DNA from: an uncultured virus (IMG/VR IMGVR_UViG_3300012001_000012) | Lineage: Duplodnaviria; Heunggongvirae; Uroviricota; Caudoviricetes | Strand: one strand, 5' to 3' | IMG/VR virus record: IMGVR_UViG_3300012001_000012 | Length of the DNA stretch: 20,000 nucleotides | Shown here: in pieces, positions 15,415-20,000 of the stretch | Position numbering within the stretch: the first letter of the stretch is position 1 | How the letters are laid out: every line of letters begins with the position of its first letter | The notes under the pieces: model-generated | Seen by the model: only the letters and a program-made list of their open reading frames with translations | Told to the model about the DNA's origin: nothing | Database searches by the model: none | Program-made: the position numbers and the translations under genes

Positions 15415-15737
15415 TTTCCCGACCATTCCTCCATCAGGGCTTCCCAGACGTCGAAGAGTCCGCCTTCGGTGGAGAGTTCAAAGCCACTCCTACGGTCCAT
15501 CATGAGGTCATGGAAGTACTGCTGCGTGTCCTTATCACCGAGTTCGATGAACAGCTGGATGAAACGCCCGGCGGATTCCTTGGACATGCCGCGTCCGCCC
15601 ATGGCGAGCATCATCAGCTGCTGTCCGTTGGAGGGCTGGTAGAACGTAACATCCGTGCCCCAGTGCGGGAAGGTCGTTGCTTCACCGGTTTCGACGTCAG
15701 CGTCTTCGTTCTCTACCGCTTTGATGAACTCTTTCAA
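15297..15737 (-). CDS. Tail assembly chaperone (gpG-like, 146 aa)
   Basis: TAGGAG RBS and TTG start. Acidic protein upstream of the tape measure with ...EEWSGK at a slippery heptamer. Confidence 0.85.
   Translation of the reverse strand: MKEFIKAVENEDADVETGEATTFPHWGTDVTFYQPSNGQQLMMLAMGGRGMSKESAGRFIQLFIELGDKDTQQYFHDLMMDRRSGFELSTEGGLFDVWEALMEEWSGKDSAKPSASRRSPSATGSASTVTTRRKASTSSASRSTRS
15414..15420 (-). other. Programmed -1 ribosomal frameshift heptamer G GGA AAA
   Basis: Plus-strand TTTTCCC = GGGAAAA, in the correct X XXY YYZ phase in the chaperone frame (TCG GGA AAA GAT). Confidence 0.85.
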
Positions 15738-15800
15738 GGTCTATCTCCTATGCTTCTGTCTCCGGAGTGGCGGATACTGCCGCCGTAATTTAGAGTACCG

Positions 15801-16283
15801 TCACTTCAATCGTTGCTTGGCGAGGCTTGCCGCCAGTCCTTCGGTGAGGAACGGTTTGGCTCTCTGCCCGCGGACGGTGTCCCTGTACGTAACCGGCTTC
15901 TTTCCATCCCCCTTCTTCCATGCGGCCATTGCCTCCGCCCCGGCGCCCTTGAAGGCCGTGGAGGTCATCGCCGCCCGCCGGTCCCGCGGGATGAGCATGT
16001 GCGGGTGGGAGATGACCTCCCCGGTGCCGTTATGGAACCAGACGCTGTGCCGGGCGGAAGACCCGGCCCGGGCCACACCCCGCAGCGGGCCCTCCAGCTT
16101 CGCCCGGTTCCAGAACTGCCCGCGCAGCAGGCGCCCGGAACGGATATGGCCCTTGGTGCTGATGTAGGTGACGGCGTAGTCCCTGGTGTCCTTGGCTACG
16201 TCGTTGAGCAGCGCGTGGACCTCACCGCCTTCACGGATGAAGGACTGCACCGCCTCGTCGTGGATGTCCAGGAACGTCGCCAT
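15801..16283 (-). CDS. HK97 gp10-like neck/tail-completion protein (160 aa)
   Basis: Basic protein with IRSGRL, WFHNGT and VRGQRAKPFLTEGL motifs. ATG at 16283 in TGATG overlap. Confidence 0.7.
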   Translation of the reverse strand: MATFLDIHDEAVQSFIREGGEVHALLNDVAKDTRDYAVTYISTKGHIRSGRLLRGQFWNRAKLEGPLRGVARAGSSARHSVWFHNGTGEVISHPHMLIPRDRRAAMTSTAFKGAGAEAMAAWKKGDGKKPVTYRDTVRGQRAKPFLTEGLAASLAKQRLK

Positions 16284-16774
16284 CAATCCTCCCCGCCCAC
16301 CGTCACGGTCCAGACCCCGCCCATGACCCCGGCCTCGGGTCCCTGCGGGGCGTAGGAGCCGATGATCTTCTGCGGGATGCGCGCGGCCTTCAGCGCGTCG
16401 TACATCATCTGCATCTCATCCATCTGCCGCATGGAGGCGTCGAAGAGTTCGATGTCATCCGGCGGGGTGAACTGGCCCAGGGTGTTCTCCAGGACCGGCG
16501 CCGGGCCGACCATGCCCATCTCTACCGTGAAGGCCAGGGAAAAGGCGCAGCTGTCCAGGGACACGTCGGCGGAGGGGAAGGCGACGGAAGGGTTCGCGCT
16601 GATCAGCCGGACCCAGGCGATCCCGCCGCAGCCGGACTCCGGGCCGAAGTCGAAGACGACAGCGTTCCCGGGCTGGACCGTGAGGGAGCAGTAGTCATCC
16701 TGCTTGCCCGCCGCCCGGATCTGCTGCGTGAGGGACTCGAGCAGCGCCGCGGTCATCTGGTTGATCGTCAGCAT
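16283..16774 (-). CDS. Putative tail terminator / neck protein (163 aa)
   Basis: Acidic; CGGIAWVRL and PQGPEAGVMGGVWTVTV motifs; follows the adaptor with TGATG coupling. Confidence 0.6.
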   Translation of the reverse strand: MLTINQMTAALLESLTQQIRAAGKQDDYCSLTVQPGNAVVFDFGPESGCGGIAWVRLISANPSVAFPSADVSLDSCAFSLAFTVEMGMVGPAPVLENTLGQFTPPDDIELFDASMRQMDEMQMMYDALKAARIPQKIIGSYAPQGPEAGVMGGVWTVTVGGED

Positions 16775-17514
16775 CAGGAGTGCCAGATCTGCCGGCGCGC
16801 GGGCAGGTCCGGGGAGTAGACCCGGGGCATGACCTTCAGGCCGAACGGGTTCAGCAGCATCAGGTACGCATCAATTTCCGGCAGGCCGGTGACCCCCGAG
16901 GGGAACATCCCCAGCGTCACCTGGAACGTCAGGCCCTGCCGGGTGGCGTTGGTGACCGAGGAGGGCAGCCGGCACTTCTTGTCGGACGTCAGCAGCTTCA
17001 GCCATTCGGCCGCCATCACCCCGCCGGCGTGGGCGCCCATCGCATCCACGGGGGCGGAGTTCAGGTAGGTGACGGTAAAGCCGTCCCCGGAGTCCTGCGG
17101 CCAGCGCAGGCTGTCCAGGCGGACCAGGAAGTTCCCGTTCTCGACCCGGTACAGGGTCGGATCCAGCACGGCCCCGTCGACCCGGACCTCGGTGACCGCG
17201 CCGACCGGGCCGGGCAGGTTGATGGCCTCGACCTTCGCCACGGTGGACCAGGTCGAAAGGTCCAGCGCGGAAGGGTAGAAGGTGCCGGGATAGAAGGAGC
17301 CCAGCGGGTACTCGTCCAGGACCGGTGCGTACCAGGCGTAATGCCCGGAGGTGCGGTTGGTGACCCCGGGCATGATGGTGACCGGGTTCCCGCCGGCCCG
17401 GTGCAGGGTCAGCGCCGTCATGCACGCCCCCGCATAGAGTTCCGCGAGCGCCTTGATGCTCGGGTCCAGGGACCCGGTGTCCACGGTGGCGGGCCAGGTG
17501 ATGGGCCAGGTCAT
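16774..17514 (-). CDS. Head-to-tail adaptor (246 aa; start revised to ATG 17514)
   Basis: GGAGG RBS before MTWPITWP. Motifs LPGPVGAVTEVRVDG, CRLPSSVTNATRQGLT and TGLPEIDAYLMLLNP resemble actinophage adaptors. Confidence 0.78.
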   Translation of the reverse strand: MTWPITWPATVDTGSLDPSIKALAELYAGACMTALTLHRAGGNPVTIMPGVTNRTSGHYAWYAPVLDEYPLGSFYPGTFYPSALDLSTWSTVAKVEAINLPGPVGAVTEVRVDGAVLDPTLYRVENGNFLVRLDSLRWPQDSGDGFTVTYLNSAPVDAMGAHAGGVMAAEWLKLLTSDKKCRLPSSVTNATRQGLTFQVTLGMFPSGVTGLPEIDAYLMLLNPFGLKVMPRVYSPDLPARRQIWHS

Positions 17515-17515
17515 G

Positions 17516-17647
17516 TCAGGTGCCTCCAGCGAGGATGTCAAGGATGGTGGTGAAGATCCCGGTCAGGATCAGCGCGATGTTCGCAACCACCACCACGGCG
17601 GTGACCGTCAGGGCCACCGCCGCAGCAGGGATCAGGGAGCGGAGCAT
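17516..17647 (-). CDS. 43-aa hydrophobic membrane peptide, below the ORF-track cutoff
   Basis: TGATG overlap with the endolysin stop. MLRSLIPAAAVALTVTAVVVVANIALILTGIFTTILDILAGGT*; stop ends 1 nt before the adaptor ATG. Confidence 0.75.
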   Translation of the reverse strand: MLRSLIPAAAVALTVTAVVVVANIALILTGIFTTILDILAGGT

Positions 17648-18486
17648 CAGAGGTTGATGCGCTGGCCGGGGACGATCAGGTCCGGGTTGATGCCGGGGTT
17701 GCGGTCCAGGATGTACTGCAGGGAAACCCCGTACTGGACGGCGATCCCGCCCAGGGTGTCCCCGTCATCGACGGTGCAGTACGGTGGCAGGCCGGCCGGG
17801 GCGGCAGGGGCGGCGGGAGCCTGCGGCAGGTCCAGCAGCATACCGGGGAAAATCTTGTCCGGCTCGGTGATCCCGTTCAGGGCAATCAGGGCGTTTAGGT
17901 CAACCCCGAACTGCACGGCGATGCCGGAGAGGGTGTCTCCCGGATCAACGCGGCACTGGCCGGGACCGGGGGTGATGTCAAGGTAGGAGCCGGCAGCAGC
18001 TGCGGGGGCAGGCTGGGCGGGCTGTACTGGGGCTGCGGCGCTGCCGTTCAGGGCAGCCTGTGCCCCGGCGATGATCCGGCCAAGGTCAAGGGTGCCCGGG
18101 CAGTCGGTGTTGAAGAAATTCTTGTGCGGGAGGATGGTGTCCGCGGACGGGGTGATCCCGTAGCGGGAGCAGATGTCCGCGACCCGCGCGATGGACCGGG
18201 CGTAGGTGTCATCGGTGGCGTCACGTCCGGGCTGTGCGGAGTGCTCGATGGCGATGGAGCGGATGTTCTCGTTCCAGTCACCGTCGGCCCAGGCGGTGTC
18301 GCCTTCCTGGACGAACTGCTTCTCATCCCCTTCACCGATGCCGTAGTGCGCGGACGCCTGCCGGGAGCCGTTGGTGAACGTGTCAATGGTGGCGGCGAGG
18401 GTGCCGTCCATCCAGTGCATGACGATCTGGTCTACGGTGGCGCCCTGGCGGCCGGGGGTGAAGTAGGTGGCTTGAATGAAATCCAT
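17647..18486 (-). CDS. Endolysin: N-acetylmuramoyl-L-alanine amidase (Amidase_2) plus two LysM domains (279 aa; start revised to ATG 18486)
   Basis: GAGGAG RBS before MDFIQ. Zn-amidase motifs IVMHW, SAHY, SIAIEH and PHKNFFNTDCPG; Pro/Ala linkers; LysM repeats VDPGDTLSGIAVQFGV..IFPG and VDDGDTLGGIAVQYGV..IVPGQRI. Confidence 0.92.
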   Translation of the reverse strand: MDFIQATYFTPGRQGATVDQIVMHWMDGTLAATIDTFTNGSRQASAHYGIGEGDEKQFVQEGDTAWADGDWNENIRSIAIEHSAQPGRDATDDTYARSIARVADICSRYGITPSADTILPHKNFFNTDCPGTLDLGRIIAGAQAALNGSAAAPVQPAQPAPAAAAGSYLDITPGPGQCRVDPGDTLSGIAVQFGVDLNALIALNGITEPDKIFPGMLLDLPQAPAAPAAPAGLPPYCTVDDGDTLGGIAVQYGVSLQYILDRNPGINPDLIVPGQRINL

Positions 18487-18508
18487 AGTGTCTCCTCTGG
18501 TGGTGGAT

Positions 18509-18544
18509 GGAAGAAAGGGGGGTCGGGAGTCCGACCCCCCTTTC
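18509..18544 (-). terminator. Intrinsic terminator downstream of the major tail gene
   Basis: Perfect 14-bp inverted repeat GAAAGGGGGGTCGG (18513-18526) / CCGACCCCCCTTTC (18531-18544) with a 4-nt loop. The minus-strand RNA ends UUUCUUCC. Confidence 0.85.
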
Positions 18545-18562
18545 CGGGTACTGCTGGTCCTG

Positions 18563-19483
18563 CTATGCAGTGACGGTGACCGAGGTCGTGATCGTGGAGA
18601 GACCGCGCTTGGCGATGACCTGGTAGGTGCCTGCCGCGGCGTAGACGTGCGTGTAGCTGCCCGTCTCGGCCGAGTCCCAGGTGCCGTCGCCCAGGTCATA
18701 GAAGACCGTGTCGGTGCCGGCCGGGACCGGGCTGAACGCCACCGAGAGCAGCGTCGCGGTTTCGGTGACCGAGGTCAGCGCCGGGGCAATCGGGTCAAGC
18801 AGCGGGATCGCACCCTCATAGTCGAGCGGGGGCTGGATTTCCACGGCCTGGATCCGGCGGTGCTCCTTGACGGTGACCGAGTCGTGGAGCAGCGCAGCCA
18901 CGCCACCGACCAGGTCCACCAGGAACGGGCCCTTCGCCCAGGCCGCACCGTTCTTGGTGGCCATGCCCGTGACGTTGAACGTGACGGTGCCGTTGGCCAC
19001 CGAGATGTCACCGATGGTGCCGCCGCGCAGGAACGGGGCCAGGATGTAGCCCCAGACCCCGTCTCCGCCGGTGCGGGGCAGGACGGTGGTGGACGCGCCG
19101 GTCCACAGCTCGAGCGCAAAGTTCACCGTGGACAGGTCCACAGTGGTGCCCTCGGCGATACCGACCACGGTGCCGTTATCGTTCAGGATCAGGCGGTGGC
19201 CGGTGAGGATGTGGAACAGCGAGAAGTCCACGTTGCAGAACGTGGCATCCACGGTGAAGCCGTTGAAGGACGGGGCGGCCGGTTCGTTCACGCAGTTGTC
19301 GCCGTTGCCATTGACCAGGGTGATGGCCTGGCCCGCGGTGACATCGGCCTTGAATGCCACGGAGATGACGCCCTTGGTGACTACCACGGATTCGTTGCCG
19401 ACCAGCGCGCGGCCGTTGGCGTCCAGGACGGTGGCCCGCAGGCGCTTGGCGCGGTAGAGGGACGGTGCTGTCTGGTGACCCAT
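18563..19483 (-). CDS. Major tail (tube) protein with C-terminal PKD/Ig-like domain
   Basis: KRLRATVLDANG, NGNGDNCV and FCNVD motifs resemble actinophage tail tubes. C-terminal FYDLGDGT..THVYAAAGTYQV is a PKD signature. Followed by a terminator. Confidence 0.82.
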   Translation of the reverse strand: MGHQTAPSLYRAKRLRATVLDANGRALVGNESVVVTKGVISVAFKADVTAGQAITLVNGNGDNCVNEPAAPSFNGFTVDATFCNVDFSLFHILTGHRLILNDNGTVVGIAEGTTVDLSTVNFALELWTGASTTVLPRTGGDGVWGYILAPFLRGGTIGDISVANGTVTFNVTGMATKNGAAWAKGPFLVDLVGGVAALLHDSVTVKEHRRIQAVEIQPPLDYEGAIPLLDPIAPALTSVTETATLLSVAFSPVPAGTDTVFYDLGDGTWDSAETGSYTHVYAAAGTYQVIAKRGLSTITTSVTVTA

Positions 19484-19485
19484 TG

Positions 19486-19896
19486 TTATTTATCTCCCTC
19501 GGGGATGGTGGCGAGGTCCAGGACACCCTTGCGGGTTGTGTCGCTGGCTGCCTCTGCAGCGAGGACGCGGGCGCGTTCCTCGTCATCGGCGCCGGCCAGG
19601 TATTCCTTGACCCCGTCGACAGTTGTGGTGGAGGGGTCGAACTGGATACCCTCCGGATTTTCATCAGCAGCAGCAGCAGCAGCTGCGGGCGGCGGGACGG
19701 TGTCATCGCCGGGGAGTTCCGGGGTGGCCGGGAGCTCCCCGAAAATGACGGCCGGGACGATGTAGCCGAAGGAGGTGGTGGAGACCTGGCCGGGCAGGCC
19801 GGCAGCCTCCGCCAGCGCGAGCAGTTCCTTGGCTTTGGCTTCTGACCGGCCTTCGACGAAGTGTTCGCCGTCGGCCAGAGCGTGAGTGATTCCCAT
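19486..19896 (-). CDS. Acidic virion-region protein (136 aa) with a small C-terminal helical domain
   Basis: AAGGAG RBS. Two domains joined by a Pro/Ala linker; C-terminal FDPSTTTVDGVKEYL..ERARVLAAE..RKGVL. Confidence 0.7.
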   Translation of the reverse strand: MGITHALADGEHFVEGRSEAKAKELLALAEAAGLPGQVSTTSFGYIVPAVIFGELPATPELPGDDTVPPPAAAAAAADENPEGIQFDPSTTTVDGVKEYLAGADDEERARVLAAEAASDTTRKGVLDLATIPEGDK

Positions 19897-19907
19897 GAGT
19901 GAACTCC

Positions 19908-20000
19908 TTAGATGGTTCCGACGAGGACGGCTGCGGTGAAGGACTCCACGGATGCTGCGTAGGAGCTTTCCGCCAGGGCGATCGCACGGTTGGTGTGGTA
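19908..20000 (-). CDS. 3' end of a capsid-associated gene (possibly major capsid pentamer-type protein); partial
   Basis: Open frame YHTNRAIALAESSYAASVESFTAAVLVGTI*; its TAA overlaps the next gene's RBS. The product call rests on only 30 aa plus synteny. Confidence 0.5.
   Translation of the reverse strand, partial: YHTNRAIALAESSYAASVESFTAAVLVGTI

Noticed and set aside
18487..18699. 71-aa N-terminal extension of the endolysin in the ORF track
   Set aside because: It overlaps the major tail gene and crosses the terminator; ATG 18486 has a strong GAGGAG RBS.
19665..19686. (CAG)n run as a contingency or phase-variation repeat
   Set aside because: Triplet repeat encoding a poly-Ala linker; slippage would keep the frame.
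5500..19765. Long plus-strand ORFs (744, 571, 692, 624, 429 aa and others)
   Set aside because: Antisense shadows of high-GC3 minus-strand genes; no recognisable motifs, and they fully overlap a coherent coupled operon.
1..20000. CRISPR array, tRNA, integrase/att site or IS element
   Set aside because: None seen. The window is almost fully coding, and prophage versus free phage cannot be decided from it.

Overview
The window is the virion-morphogenesis and tail arm of a high-GC tailed phage or prophage, siphovirus-like and probably infecting an actinobacterium (the host is an inference). All credible genes lie on the minus strand and most are translationally coupled. In transcription order (right to left): 3' end of a capsid-associated gene; 136-aa acidic protein; major tail protein with a C-terminal PKD/Ig-like domain; a strong terminator; an amidase-2xLysM endolysin plus an unlisted 43-aa hydrophobic ORF, both inside the structural operon; head-to-tail adaptor; tail terminator-like gene; HK97 gp10-like gene; tail assembly chaperone with a GGGAAAA -1 frameshift; 1410-aa tape measure; four minor tail genes; an unlisted 52-aa ORF; two membrane/holin-like genes; then a receptor-binding cassette. 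The cassette holds a 201-aa adaptor, a 93-aa Mtd_N mini-protein, an Mtd_N-SGNH esterase, and a beta-helix tailspike of more than 579 aa that the ORF track missed. The most interesting signals are in this cassette. First, the same ~70-aa module sits inside two unrelated enzyme folds, with conserved protein sequence but mostly changed synonymous sites. Second, a repeated unit (C-terminal DGG..xGG motif, overlapping stop/start, then Mtd_N domain) suggests a plug-and-socket chain for attaching receptor-binding enzymes. All family assignments come from motif recognition by eye; no database search was run.
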